Shown here piece by piece: positions 1 to 11,052 of a stretch of DNA of 64,000 bases. The stretch is from Vairimorpha necatrix (Eukaryota). The stretch covers positions 806,001 to 870,000 of the forward strand of contig CP142735.1 in NCBI GenBank assembly GCA_036630325.1, given 5' to 3'. Both the position numbers and the translations under genes were made by a program. The notes under the pieces are model-generated. The model searched no databases, was not told the DNA's origin, and saw only the letters and a program-made list of their open reading frames with translations. Each line of letters starts with the position of its first letter. Position 1 is the stretch's first letter.

Positions 1-1220
1 CTACATTTATACGGCAAATTATTCACTTTTAGAGTAAACTTCTTTTTTCTTTCTGTCTTATTAGCGATGTTAACAATAATTTTACGACCGAATAATTCTT
101 GATCATTTAGTTTGAGACATTTCTTAGCATCAGATTCCTTGACAAATTCAATAAAGGCGAAGCCTTTATTTCTTTCTTTGTCATGTGTTGTAGGTATGGA
201 AATTCTGACTGTCTTGCCTATTAAGGCGATTTCTTTCTTAAGCTCGTCTTCTGTAAGATTAAAAGGAATATTCTTCATGAAAACTACTCTTAATTCTTTG
301 TCTTCTAAAGCTTCTTCGTCGACGCTAGAAGATTGTTGTTCTAATTCACTGGATGAGTCTTCTTCTTCCTTTTTTAATTTTTTTTTGTCGGCTATACTTG
401 ACGAGTCTGTTCCTTCGCTTGAATCTTTTTTATTGGTTAAAATTTTTTCTTCGGGGTTTTTATCGTCTTTAACTTCACTCGACGAGTCAGAATCTTCACT
501 TGAAGAATCTTGTTTTTTACTGGGCGTGACTGTATTTTTGCTTGCTGCATTTGTTTCTTCTTTTTTGACTGGTGTTTTCTTACTCTTTATACTTTCACTC
601 GACGAGTCAGAATCTTCACTTGAAGAATCTTGTTTTTTACTGGGCGTGACTGTATTTTTGCTTGCTGCATTTGTTTCTTCTTTTTTGACTGGTGTTTTCT
701 TACTCTTTATACTTTCACTCGACGAGTCAGAATCTTCACTTGAAGAATCTTGCTTTTTACTGGGCGTGGCTGTCTTTTTACTTGCTGCATTTATTTCTTC
801 TTTTTTGACTGGTATTTTGTTCTCTACTTCTCTCTCACTTGATGAGTCAGAATCTTCACTTGATTCTTCTTTTTTGTTAGTTGATACTTTCTTGACTTCT
901 TCACTAGATGAGTCAGATTCGTCACTTGAAGAGTCATCTTCTACTTTTTTACTAGAGTCAACTTTCTTGGTTTCTTCATCTGATGACACTTTTTTCTCTT
1001 GTTTTTTAGTAGGCACAACTTTCTTTGTCTCTTCGCTCGATGAATCACTATCTTCTTTCTTTATTTCTTTTTTACTAGTCACTTTCTTCTTATTATCTCC
1101 TTTTACTACTTTCTTCGGAGTTTCTTTTTCATCTTTCTTATTTTTTTTATTATCAACTTTTTTTACTGCTGATGCTCTAATACTTTCTTTTCTTTCAACT
1201 TTTTTTACTGGTTTCTTCAT
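1..1220 (-). CDS. Nucleolin/Nsr1-like RRM protein (3' end runs off the window)
   Basis: Minus-strand ORF from ATG 1220 (ACCCATCAAAAAATG context), open to position 1. It has a Lys-rich and Ser/acidic N-terminus, an RRM (VVFMKNIPF...KGFAFIEF) and the start of a second RRM (LKVNNLPY). The ORF-track entry 112..1227 + is its antisense shadow. Confidence 0.85.
   Translation of the reverse strand, partial: MKKPVKKVERKESIRASAVKKVDNKKNKKDEKETPKKVVKGDNKKKVTSKKEIKKEDSDSSSEETKKVVPTKKQEKKVSSDEETKKVDSSKKVEDDSSSDESDSSSEEVKKVSTNKKEESSEDSDSSSEREVENKIPVKKEEINAASKKTATPSKKQDSSSEDSDSSSESIKSKKTPVKKEETNAASKNTVTPSKKQDSSSEDSDSSSESIKSKKTPVKKEETNAASKNTVTPSKKQDSSSEDSDSSSEVKDDKNPEEKILTNKKDSSEGTDSSSIADKKKLKKEEEDSSSELEQQSSSVDEEALEDKELRVVFMKNIPFNLTEDELKKEIALIGKTVRISIPTTHDKERNKGFAFIEFVKESDAKKCLKLNDQELFGRKIIVNIANKTERKKKFTLKVNNLPYKC
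474..862. repeat. 120-bp in-frame tandem repeat (about 3.2 units) within the nucleolin-like gene
   Basis: 481-600 and 601-720 are identical. 721-840 is a slightly diverged third copy. Confidence 0.95.
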
Positions 1221-1336
1221 TTTTTGATGGGTCTAAAAAAACCGTTATTTATTAAGAATATTAAAAACGGTATTAGAAAATAAAATTAACTTTAAAAAGT
1301 TTTAGTAAGATAATGGACTTGAACTTTTTTGCCCTT

Positions 1337-1795
1337 ATGAAAGAAAAGACAATTTTGAAAAAATCAAAAATTTCGAAAAATTTTGAAAATATAAATAATA
1401 ATGATATTTCTCAAGCCAAAACTAAAGGGAAAATATCAAACAAAAATTTACAATCAATGAGTACTGATATTTGTAAAATCAAACAGATTCACAAATCTCC
1501 TGTTCTTAATGACATTTTATCCAAAATTACTCATACCGTAGACACTTATAATAAACTTATGAATAATTATGAAGACGTGAGTATCGTGCTTATAAACAAT
1601 CTAGAGACTATAATTATGCATCATTTGGTCTTTTTCTGTCATTATCATAATATTAAAATATTTATTTGTCCAAATTTACGTGGGAAAATATTGGCTATAA
1701 AACAGACTGATCCGGTTATTAAAGAAATTAATGAGTTTTTAAATAATGAAGATAGATGTAAAATAGTGGACATTTATGAAAGTAATACAATATAA
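1337..1795 (+). CDS. Hypothetical protein, possibly L7Ae-fold (Rpp38/Pop3-like)
   Basis: Start moved to the GCCCTTATG at 1337. The segment VSIVLINNLETIIMHHLVFFCHYHNIKIFIC resembles the L7Ae core; the family assignment is inference. Confidence 0.55.
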   Translation: MKEKTILKKSKISKNFENINNNDISQAKTKGKISNKNLQSMSTDICKIKQIHKSPVLNDILSKITHTVDTYNKLMNNYEDVSIVLINNLETIIMHHLVFFCHYHNIKIFICPNLRGKILAIKQTDPVIKEINEFLNNEDRCKIVDIYESNTI

Positions 1796-2059
1796 ATAGA
1801 AAAAAAAATATTTACAATTAAATAAATTTAATTTTGTTATAAGGCTTTTTTTATGTGTACAGAAATTTGAAACGTACACTACTTCAAAAGAAAATGAAAA
1901 ATTTTATTACACAAAATAATCGTGGTTCTATAATGATGTGAAAATTGTAGTCTTTTAGAATAATATAAAAAATTACACATACTAAATTTGACAGGTACTA
2001 TACAAATATTATTTATAAAAATTTTTATACCAATATATTTATTTAAAACCAAAAAGTTT

Positions 2060-2869
2060 TCAAAATACTGAATATTTAGACATAAAAAACACTTGAATAC
2101 ACAATCCCAACCCTGTCGACAATATCCACGTCATACTAATAAAAGAAGGATTACATTGTTCCCAATCATTTCTTAGAACCAAAAATATTGATCGTAGATC
2201 AAAATCAAACGAAAAAACTTTTTCAATACTCATAAAAACAATCAAAGTTCCTGTTACACTAAACAACAAACAGAATATCAGATTCAAAGCTTTAGAAAAT
2301 AATAAATAAACAAGACAAAAGACTATAACAATAGATGCATAAAAAACATACCTTTGTGTTTCATTATTAATTGTTATAATCGATTCAATATAAGTTGAAT
2401 AAAAAATATATGTAGCTACTAACCCTATAATAAGACGGAAGCCGCTTAATAAATAGACAGTTAAAGTTGATAATAGTAAAGATATCAGTATTATAGGGAT
2501 ATAAGGATATTCGCTATATTTTGTCAAATGGTTTAGCCCAGATACTAACCTATTTAAGGGCCCTATCGTACTACCATTATGAAGAATTTGTTCGAAATAA
2601 TGAAATATAAAGATAGACATTATAAAAGCCAATGAACATCTTACAGTATAAATTCCTAATAATGATAGATATATTCCTGATATTAATATAGCTGTACTTA
2701 TGTAAAAAGAACTATCAAGATAGGTCGAGTAATTCACTGATAGTTCATTTATTTCTGAGACTATAGCGGGCGGCTTAACTGTGTATATCTCTCTTATAGC
2801 GAAAGTTTTTGATTCCATGCGAATTCGTTGCAAAGATGACAGCAATAAAACCAAAAATATTCGATACAT
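2060..2869 (-). CDS. Multi-pass membrane protein (TMEM198/DUF4203-like)
   Basis: About 7 hydrophobic segments. ILISGIYLSLLG resembles the DUF4203 N-terminus. Confidence 0.6.
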   Translation of the reverse strand: MYRIFLVLLLSSLQRIRMESKTFAIREIYTVKPPAIVSEINELSVNYSTYLDSSFYISTAILISGIYLSLLGIYTVRCSLAFIMSIFIFHYFEQILHNGSTIGPLNRLVSGLNHLTKYSEYPYIPIILISLLLSTLTVYLLSGFRLIIGLVATYIFYSTYIESIITINNETQRYVFYASIVIVFCLVYLLFSKALNLIFCLLFSVTGTLIVFMSIEKVFSFDFDLRSIFLVLRNDWEQCNPSFISMTWILSTGLGLCIQVFFMSKYSVF

Positions 2870-3861
2870 ATAAAAACCTTTACTTTTTGTATATAAATAC
2901 TAATTAACCAATAAATAATTAATCAATATTAAAGGAGAGAAAAAGGAGCGAGGAGTAAAGCGAAAATAGAAAGATGAAAACATTTAAATTAGCAAAACAG
3001 AAAGTTTCACTAAATGATAAAATTTTTATAAAAAATTAAGACGAAAAATATGTATAAAAATTGATATATAAACATTTTATTCTTTCTAATTGTGCACATT
3101 TTTACAGGTCAATTTATTGATCGATTACAAATACTAATTTAATCAATTTGATTTAGCGTAGGTTTGGTTTGATTAAAAAATTGCCAATTTATTGTAGGTA
3201 CAAACCCGGGTAAATATAGTTTCTAATTGTATATTCAATCATCATAAAGTCAAAATATGAAGAGACATTACTTAATTTTATCATACCCCATGACTATTGT
3301 TGCACAATTTTAATATGCAATAGGATAATAACATACATATTTGAACTAATTTTGTACCATATTCGTCATTATGAGCGTTTTGATTAAGTATCAAAGAAGA
3401 ACAAATTAGATCGTTAGATAATTTATTGACTCGTATTGCGAAACAATGTATGTAATATACTGTAATTCATTTAAGGGGGAATAATAGTACTTGTAATGAT
3501 TTTAAGGCAGATTAATACTAAATGTGAATATAAAAAATGCTCAGATAAGAATTGACATTGTTTACCGGAATGTAAAATGAACATCTAATTGGTTATTTCC
3601 GTAATTGTATGAAATTTAAATCATGTTTTTGCATATCTTTGTGACTTGGGATTAGTAATATACTATAATTTATTTATGTCAAAGTTTTTTTTCCATTTTT
3701 ATTTTTGGTATGCCTATTAATTATTCCAATAAATACTAATTATAAATTGTAGATGTTTTTATTATTCATCTATTTTCCACATAGGTTGTTATTTGTTCAT
3801 TATATGACATTGTATCACAAACAATTATTTTTTTTTATATGATAAAAAATTTTTTAACAAG

Positions 3862-4758
3862 ATGTTTGAGCAAATTTGTCGTTTAATTTTATTAGTTGTC
3901 GTTTTTTTACTATTTGTAGCAGGTCTTTGTTATTACCCTTTCGCTTGTCTCTTAAATAAGTTTAACTCCCAACTACACTTCAAAATTGCTCACAAATTTT
4001 TCGGTATATTTCTAATAGTAGCAAACATTTTTATAAAAAGATTTATCGAATTAGATGGTGAAAATATTATTAACGCGAACGAAAACTATCTTGTTATTTC
4101 AAATCATGTAAATTATTATGACTCAATAATCATAACTAGTCTTTTTTCGCATTCTAATACTCTCGGAGCACTAAAATTTGTAATGCATATAGGAATGAGG
4201 TCTGTTCCGGGTATTTTTCATATTTTAGACGCATTAAATTTTTTAGCTTTGGAACAAAATTACGAAAAAGATGAAAAACTAATACTAACTTATTGTAGAC
4301 GTTTTATTGATATTAACATTCCATTAAATATGGTAATATTTCCAGAAGGTACTCTCATATCAGAAGATACTATGAATAAATCGGATAAATATCGAAAATC
4401 AAAAGGACTAAATCCATATAAATATGTTTTATCACCTAAATATAAAGGTTTTGAATTAATGGTTAATGAATTTAAAAATTCACAAATTAAAAAAATTTTA
4501 GATCTTACTTTTACATATCCAGAATGCGAACAACCTAGTTTATTGGGAATATTCTTAGGTGGAAAAAAGTATAAAGTTAAATATACTATGAGTGTTCATA
4601 ATATCGAATCAGTATATGATACAAAGGAATTTCTTGACCAAGCATGGAGTAAAAAAGAAGATTGGATTGGCAATGCAGTGAATTTTAATGAAAAATGGTA
4701 TCTAAATAAGAAAGATATAGATGGAAATAAATCACAAGAAATTAATAAACTATTATAA
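3862..4758 (+). CDS. Lysophospholipid acyltransferase (PlsC family), copy 1
   Basis: Motifs SNHVNYYD (NHxxxxD) and FPEGT; N-terminal transmembrane segment. Confidence 0.9.
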   Translation: MFEQICRLILLVVVFLLFVAGLCYYPFACLLNKFNSQLHFKIAHKFFGIFLIVANIFIKRFIELDGENIINANENYLVISNHVNYYDSIIITSLFSHSNTLGALKFVMHIGMRSVPGIFHILDALNFLALEQNYEKDEKLILTYCRRFIDINIPLNMVIFPEGTLISEDTMNKSDKYRKSKGLNPYKYVLSPKYKGFELMVNEFKNSQIKKILDLTFTYPECEQPSLLGIFLGGKKYKVKYTMSVHNIESVYDTKEFLDQAWSKKEDWIGNAVNFNEKWYLNKKDIDGNKSQEINKLL

Positions 4759-5798
4759 ATCTAAAATACATTGAAATTAGATAAATCCTTAAATTTAATA
4801 ATACAGCTGTAAGTCTTTTCTTATCATTTTCCCTTTAAATAAAAACAACAGAAAAGAGAGACAACAAGTATAATAATTTAAACAACGAAACGAGCACTAT
4901 TCATTGCCTTTCTCTTCCGTAAAATGAGGTATTATAACATTTTCGCCCTTCAAGAAAAAAAAATTTGCTAATTATTATACATTTTTTTTCGCAAGTTAAA
5001 GCATCCTAATATGCAATTTTTAATCAGGTCGTCTCACAAGTGGCAACACGCCATTGTCGTAAAATAGGCCAATTAATTTCAAAAAAGTTTCTAATAAGTA
5101 AATTAGAAGATAAGATAACTGTTTGTCCATTATTTTTTGATTGCAAAAATTAGCATGACATTGTTTTAGATACGTTAATTATAAAATATTCCTCTTACTT
5201 GTTCCTGAATTTTAGATATTGCGATTAAATATTGCCTTAAAAATAAAATTTTTTATATTTTTTGTTACAGTCTACTTTTCATTATTCTTTTAATATATTT
5301 CATTCTTAAATATACTCAGTTGAAAAAATTTTATTAAATTTTTCATAATATTTTGATTTTTTTTTAATGTAGCATTTCAATAGGCAGTTAACTAATAATT
5401 TATTTTTTTTACTATATGTTAAAATTATTTAATTCATATTTATAAGAGATTGAATCTAGCTTCAAATACAGTAAAAATTTTTAAAAATTCAAAATCGTCT
5501 GCCACCTAGAAATAGAAAATTCTAAATGTAAAAAAAATTTATAATTGTCTCATTAGGTTTAAAAATTATATTAAATTGAAGAATGCTTTATTCTTACAAT
5601 ATATTTTATTTTTTTTAAAATTAATCTAACAAATGCTACATTTAAATTTGCTTTAAATTTGGATTGGACGTAGATAACTCAAAATGTTGTAAATTATTTG
5701 TTATATTCCGCTCCTTTAATAATTCTGGTAAATACTAAAAATTAGTAGTAAATATTTTTGTGCATCTTAAAATTTAGTATTATAATGTTACATGTTAT

Positions 5799-6820
5799 GG
5801 CTAAAGTGAGCTTTAGGTAACAAAAATCGATATAGGGTTTTTTTGTTTTTTTTTGCCCCTTTTTTTCAAAAATGGAGGAAAGAAAATTTGAAGAAAGTAA
5901 CAAAAATAAAAATTAGAACAATAAATTTAATAATGCATCAAAAACAAAATTAGTGGAATTTCTTTGAAGCATATACCTAAATAAATAAAGTTTAGCACTA
6001 TTTGCCGACCTATTTCTATTAGGTATAGAAGCTTTGAGGGAACGCCAATTACCTTCTATGGTATTGGTATGAAGCCCAGTACTAGGATCTCGAAAGTGTA
6101 ATGAGTGGTTAACCATGTGGTGTTCATTGAATATTGTATCCAAAGAATAGTAAGCCCTCCACATATCACTATATATAGTACTTTTCGTACTTACAAATTT
6201 CAATAAAAGAGCTGTTAACGTTTCTTTATCTCTTTTTTTAATATATATAAGTATAATTTTGCGTTCTGGAGAACGTTCTATCATACCAAAACACCAAAAC
6301 CCCTTTACTAATTTACCTCTATGATATTTGTTTTTTCCAATTTTAGTTTCATCTATTTCTACTATAACTTCTTCTCCGCCTATCTTGTTCAAAGATGATA
6401 AATATTTATCATAAATGTTTATTTCTTTTAATTTTGTTAAAATGAAGGATATAGAACGTTTAGAACAACCTAAAATTTGACAAATATTCTTACGAGGATA
6501 GCCAAGAATCCACAAATTAAGTACCTGTAAAATTGTGATATGATCGAGTCTACTGTTTTCAAAGAAAGTGTCTTATTATATAGATACTGTCTTCTTACAG
6601 TCCTTCCAAGTACATTTAATGAGGTAATCCCGTTTACTAACCAACCTCATCCTACAATAACACACAGTACATATTTGGTTCTTTTTTTATTAAACAATTT
6701 ATTATATATAGTTTCGATTTCTTCTCTTGTCAGAATTCCTTCCTCCATTTTTGAAAAAAAGGGCAAAAAAAAACAAAAAAACCCTATATCGATTTTTGTT
6801 ACCTAAAGCTCACTTTAGCC
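5799..6820 (-). mobile_element. Merlin (IS1016/ISXO2-like) DNA transposon, decayed transposase
   Basis: About 80-bp terminal inverted repeats (TIRs) starting GGCTAAAGTGAGC. 8-bp TSD CATGTTAT at 5791-5798 and 6821-6828. Confidence 0.93.
5913..6748 (-). pseudogene. Merlin transposase pseudogene
   Basis: Motifs EIDETK, YSDMW and HTNTIEGNW; N-terminal CTVC...CTWKDC zinc ribbon. Interrupted by a frameshift in the homopolymer near 6685 and by TAA TAA at 6573-6578. Confidence 0.85.
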
Positions 6821-6894
6821 CATGTTATTATAATACATTGTAACACAAGCATTTTATTTTTTTAAATTTCATAATTAAATTTTTTCACCCCAAT

Positions 6895-7803
6895 ATGTTT
6901 GAGCAATTATTTCGTTTGTCTTTATTATTTAGCGTTGGCTCAATATTTGTAGTAGGCCTTTGTTATTCTCCATTTGCCTATGTTTTAAGTAAATTTAACA
7001 GTTCTTTACACTTTAAAATTGCTCACAAATTTTTTGGCTTATTTCTAATGACATTAAACACTTTAACAAAAAGATTTATCGAATTTGATGGTGAAAACAT
7101 TATAAATCCCAATGAAAATTATCTTATAATTTCCAATCACGTCAATTATTATGATTTTACATTTATTAGTGGTCTATTTTCTCAATCTAATACTCTCGGG
7201 TCACTAAAATTTGTCATCAAATCTGAAATGAGGTCTATTCCCGGGATATTTCAAATTCTCAATTTATTAAATTTTTTAGTAGTAGAGCGAAATTACGAAA
7301 AAGATGAAAAAACAATACGAACTTATTGTAGACGATCTATAAATAATAAAACTTCTTTAAATATGATAATATTTCCAGAAGGTACTATTATAACAGAAAA
7401 TACTATGAATAAATCGACAGAATTTAGAAGATCAAAAGGACTAAATCCATTAAAATATGTTTTATCTCCTAAATATAGAGGCTTTGAATTGATGGTAAAT
7501 GAATTTAAAAATTCTCATATTAAAAAAATTTTAGATCTTACTTTTACATACCCAGAAGGAGAACAACCAAGCATGTGGGGAATATTCTTTGGTGGTAAAA
7601 AGTATAAAGTGAGATATACTATGAATGTTATTGATATTGAAACAGTGGATGATACAAAGGAATTTATAAATCAAGCGTGGAACAAAAAAGAAGATTGGAT
7701 TAGCAGGGCAGTGAATTTTAATGATAAATGGTATTTAAACAAGAAAGAGATAGAAAGGCAAAATTTACTGCCTAATTTTCAGGTCATAGAAAATAATAAA
7801 TAA
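6895..7803 (+). CDS. Lysophospholipid acyltransferase (PlsC family), copy 2
   Basis: Colinear paralog of 3862..4758 with SNHVNYYD and FPEGT; CACCCCAATATG start context. Confidence 0.9.
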   Translation: MFEQLFRLSLLFSVGSIFVVGLCYSPFAYVLSKFNSSLHFKIAHKFFGLFLMTLNTLTKRFIEFDGENIINPNENYLIISNHVNYYDFTFISGLFSQSNTLGSLKFVIKSEMRSIPGIFQILNLLNFLVVERNYEKDEKTIRTYCRRSINNKTSLNMIIFPEGTIITENTMNKSTEFRRSKGLNPLKYVLSPKYRGFELMVNEFKNSHIKKILDLTFTYPEGEQPSMWGIFFGGKKYKVRYTMNVIDIETVDDTKEFINQAWNKKEDWISRAVNFNDKWYLNKKEIERQNLLPNFQVIENNK

Positions 7804-7994
7804 ATTATTAAAAAAATTTTTAATTTTTGATACAGATCTGATCTGGGCGGAAGTGAAATCAAAATGCTTTATAAAGAGTTTAACTATTAAAATGTTTAAA
7901 TTGATAGAAAAGACCAAGTTGACTTTTAATGTGAGCAAAAACGAGATTAAAAATTTGACACATAAAGAGTTATAAATTAACTGATATTCTGCGA

Positions 7995-8063
7995 GCCCCG
8001 TTAGCTTAGTGGTAGAGCATTAGGCTTCTATAAGGATCGCAGGATAAAGTCCCGCACAGGGAG
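7995..8063 (+). pseudogene. tRNA-Lys pseudogene
   Basis: Aligns to the tRNA at 8507. The anticodon arm is shortened and the T-loop is mutated (GATAAAGT instead of GTTCGAGT). Confidence 0.8.
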
Positions 8064-8506
8064 CTTTTTTAAATTACTAGTTAAATCGAAAAAAGAAAAA
8101 ATTTATTTTTTTTAATTAACTAAAAGGCCTTTGGTTTAAAATTTGACATTTAAATAAAAATCTCAAAAAGTCCTTTTTCCCCTTTTTGGAAAGTAAGAAA
8201 TTTTAGTAAAGTAACAATTGTCAATTATTATAAAATATCAAGTAAATTCATAAAATTAATTTCAAACAATTTGCATATTTTTTTGTATATGGTTGATAAA
8301 TTTATGAGAGAAAAAATAATTTAAAACTATTAAGAATACTTTAGAGCTAAAGCTTTTAAAATACTTATTTTTATAACACAGACACACAATCTTAGCCACC
8401 AAGTAGTTTATATTAAATAGAACTTAAAAACACAAATAAATCTAAGAATTATTTTGTAAATATCATTAATGCCTCGTTTCATAATACACAATATCTTAAT
8501 TTTTAA

Positions 8507-8578
8507 GCCCTGTTAGCTCAGTGGTAGAGCATTAGGCTTTTAACCTAAGGGTCGCGGGTTCGAGTCCCGCACAGGGTG
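8507..8578 (+). tRNA. tRNA-Lys(TTT)
   Basis: Cloverleaf: acceptor GCCCTGT/ACAGGGT, anticodon arm TTAGG-CTTTTAA-CCTAA, T-loop TTCGAGT; downstream T-run. Confidence 0.95.
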
Positions 8579-8726
8579 CATTTTTTATAAACAGCAAAAG
8601 CGTTTTTTAAAAATGTATCATAGCATAAAATGTAAGAATATTTACTAGAAATAATAAATAAAGTATTTAAATGTTTTTTATAAAATAAAACTATTATATT
8701 TTTTTTTAAAAATAATATTTTTATTT

Positions 8727-9047
8727 TTAAGCTGTTGCTTTCTCCCTTACAATTCTTTCCTCATCATTCAAAAATGCTTCTATTATTTTCTCTTTAACAC
8801 ATTTCCCACATGTTGTTGATCCCAAAGGCCTGTTGACTTTTCTAGCAGAAACTTTCTGTCTTGAAAATTCAGCTGGTCTCATTCTTGCTATTGATAATAA
8901 TTTAGTATTACATTCATGACATCTATGAAATTTAGCATGTTTCTTCTGTCTTCTTGCTACTAATTTCCCAGATGGTGTTTTTACTACTTTTCTTACATTA
9001 CTTCTGGTTTTGTAAGTTCTTCCCTTGTGGATTATTATTTTATGCAT
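8727..9047 (-). CDS. RPL34: 60S ribosomal protein L34 (eL34)
   Basis: YKTRSN...KTPSGKLV, two CxxC motifs, [10 protein letters not shown]. Confidence 0.95.
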
Positions 9048-9162
9048 TTATAAGGGCAAAAAAAAAATATTTTAGCATAAAAACAGAGCGGAAAAATTAA
9101 TGAGTACGCTTAATAGAGAGACATGATAATAAAATACATAGTATCATTTACAAGATAAATAT

Positions 9163-9248
9163 TAAATATTTTGAACTTTTTCTTTATTATAATGTCTAGT
9201 AAATATTTTTGAATTTTTCTTTACTATAATGTCTAGTAAATATTTTTT
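9163..9248. repeat. About 39-bp tandem duplication in the RPL34/MetRS divergent promoter
   Basis: TAAATATTTTTGAA-TTTTCTTTA-TATAATGTCTAG repeated about 2.3 times. Confidence 0.75.
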
Positions 9249-9267
9249 TAATTTTTCATTCCCCTAA

Positions 9268-10983
9268 ATGAAAACTTCACAAAAGACAAAGAAGATCATC
9301 ACCAGTGCACTCCCTTACGTCAACAATCAGCCTCATCTTGGCAACATCATAGGCTGCGTACTAAGCGGAGACATTTATTCAAGATTCTGTAAAAAAAATA
9401 ACGAAAATTCTCTTTATATTTGCGGGACTGACGAGTACGGCACTGCTATCGAAATGGCAGCTTTTGCTCAAAACAAAACTCCTTTGGAAATTTGTGAAGA
9501 AAACCGTCTTATTCATAAAAAAATATACGACTGGTTTAACATCGAATTTGATCATTTTGGACACACGACAAGCAACGAACACACCAAAAATGTGCAGCAT
9601 TTTTTCGATAAAATTTACAAAAATGGTTTTTTTACTGAACAAGAAATCGAACAATTTTTTTGCGAAAAATGTAAAATTTTTCTAGCTGATCGGTATGTTT
9701 TCGGAACATGCAAATATTGCAAATTTCCAGACGCAAAAGGCGATCAATGCGATGGGTGTGGACACACATACAAATCTTTAGACTTGATAGATGCTAAATG
9801 CACTCTATGTAAATCTACGCCTAATATCAAAGAAACAAGACATTTATTTTTTGATTTTAGTAATTTTAAAGACCAATTAGAAGATCTTTACAATAGAAAT
9901 AGTCAGTACTGGTCTGATAATGGGAAACATATTACTAAATCGTGGTTAGATCAGGAATTATTACCACGTTGTATGACGAGAGATTTAAAAAACAAATGGG
10001 GTGTGCCTGTGCCACTAGAAGGATTTGAAAAGAAGGTTTTTTATGTTTGGTTTGATGCAGTGATCGGATATTTTACATTTTTAAAAGAATGTGTCGAAAA
10101 AAGAAATTTAAATGAAAAAATTAAAAATTTTTCAATTTCTGAGAAAAAACACCAAAATTATAATACAAATTCAACATATGAAGATTGGTTAAAAGATGGC
10201 GAAATTATACAATTTATGGGTAAAGATAATGTGTTTTTTCATACTATCGTCTTTCCTTCTTTAATATTCGCTACTAAACTCGACTACCCAGTTATAAAAA
10301 AATTATCAGTTACAGAATTTTTATTATTTGAAAACGAAAAATTTTCTAAAAGTCGAGGACACGGAATATTCGGCCTAGATTTAATAAACAATGATCTCGG
10401 TTCATCTTGTTTATGGAGGTATTATTTATCAAAAATCCGCCCGGAAAAATGCGACTCAAACTTCTCATTTGAACATTTTGCAAATGTAATTGACGCAGAT
10501 TTGAATAATAATATTGGAAATTTCTGCAACAGAGTCTTAAAATTTATAAAAAATAAGAACAAGAAAATAATAAAAATAGATAATTTGAATACTAAAGATG
10601 AGGAATTTATACAAGAAATAGATAAATTGTATAAAAAATATTTACAAAATTTTAAGAATATTAAAATTCGAGATGCACTTGAAAAAATTTTAGAAATATC
10701 TAAATTGGGAAATGAATATGTACAAGTAGCAGTAAATGATAAAGAAAATAGACGTCATGGGTTTCAAGTGGCTTTTAGTGTGGTTGTACTTTTAGGGCAA
10801 ATTTTAGAGCCTTTTGTGCCAGTGTCAAGTGAGAAATTATTAAAAATGTGTAATGTTAAGAAAGAGGTGTTTAGAGAAGAGTTTGGAATAATAAAAGAAG
10901 GGGAAATTGGAGATGAAATTGTGCCACTTTTCAATAAACTTGATGAGGCGATATTAGAAAAGCTAAAGAATTTTAAGAAATAA
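9268..10983 (+). CDS. MES1: Methionyl-tRNA synthetase
   Basis: ITSALPYVNNQPHLGN (HIGH-like), zinc knuckles, YVWFDA, KFSKS. Confidence 0.97.
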   Translation: MKTSQKTKKIITSALPYVNNQPHLGNIIGCVLSGDIYSRFCKKNNENSLYICGTDEYGTAIEMAAFAQNKTPLEICEENRLIHKKIYDWFNIEFDHFGHTTSNEHTKNVQHFFDKIYKNGFFTEQEIEQFFCEKCKIFLADRYVFGTCKYCKFPDAKGDQCDGCGHTYKSLDLIDAKCTLCKSTPNIKETRHLFFDFSNFKDQLEDLYNRNSQYWSDNGKHITKSWLDQELLPRCMTRDLKNKWGVPVPLEGFEKKVFYVWFDAVIGYFTFLKECVEKRNLNEKIKNFSISEKKHQNYNTNSTYEDWLKDGEIIQFMGKDNVFFHTIVFPSLIFATKLDYPVIKKLSVTEFLLFENEKFSKSRGHGIFGLDLINNDLGSSCLWRYYLSKIRPEKCDSNFSFEHFANVIDADLNNNIGNFCNRVLKFIKNKNKKIIKIDNLNTKDEEFIQEIDKLYKKYLQNFKNIKIRDALEKILEISKLGNEYVQVAVNDKENRRHGFQVAFSVVVLLGQILEPFVPVSSEKLLKMCNVKKEVFREEFGIIKEGEIGDEIVPLFNKLDEAILEKLKNFKK

Positions 10984-11052
10984 AAATCCCTTCAATTATT
11001 ATAATAATGTTTTAGATTTCAAACAAAAAAAAATAAGCTTTATTTTCAATAT

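Noticed and set aside
112-1227. 371-aa plus-strand ORF
   Set aside because: Antisense shadow of the low-complexity nucleolin-like gene; non-ATG start.
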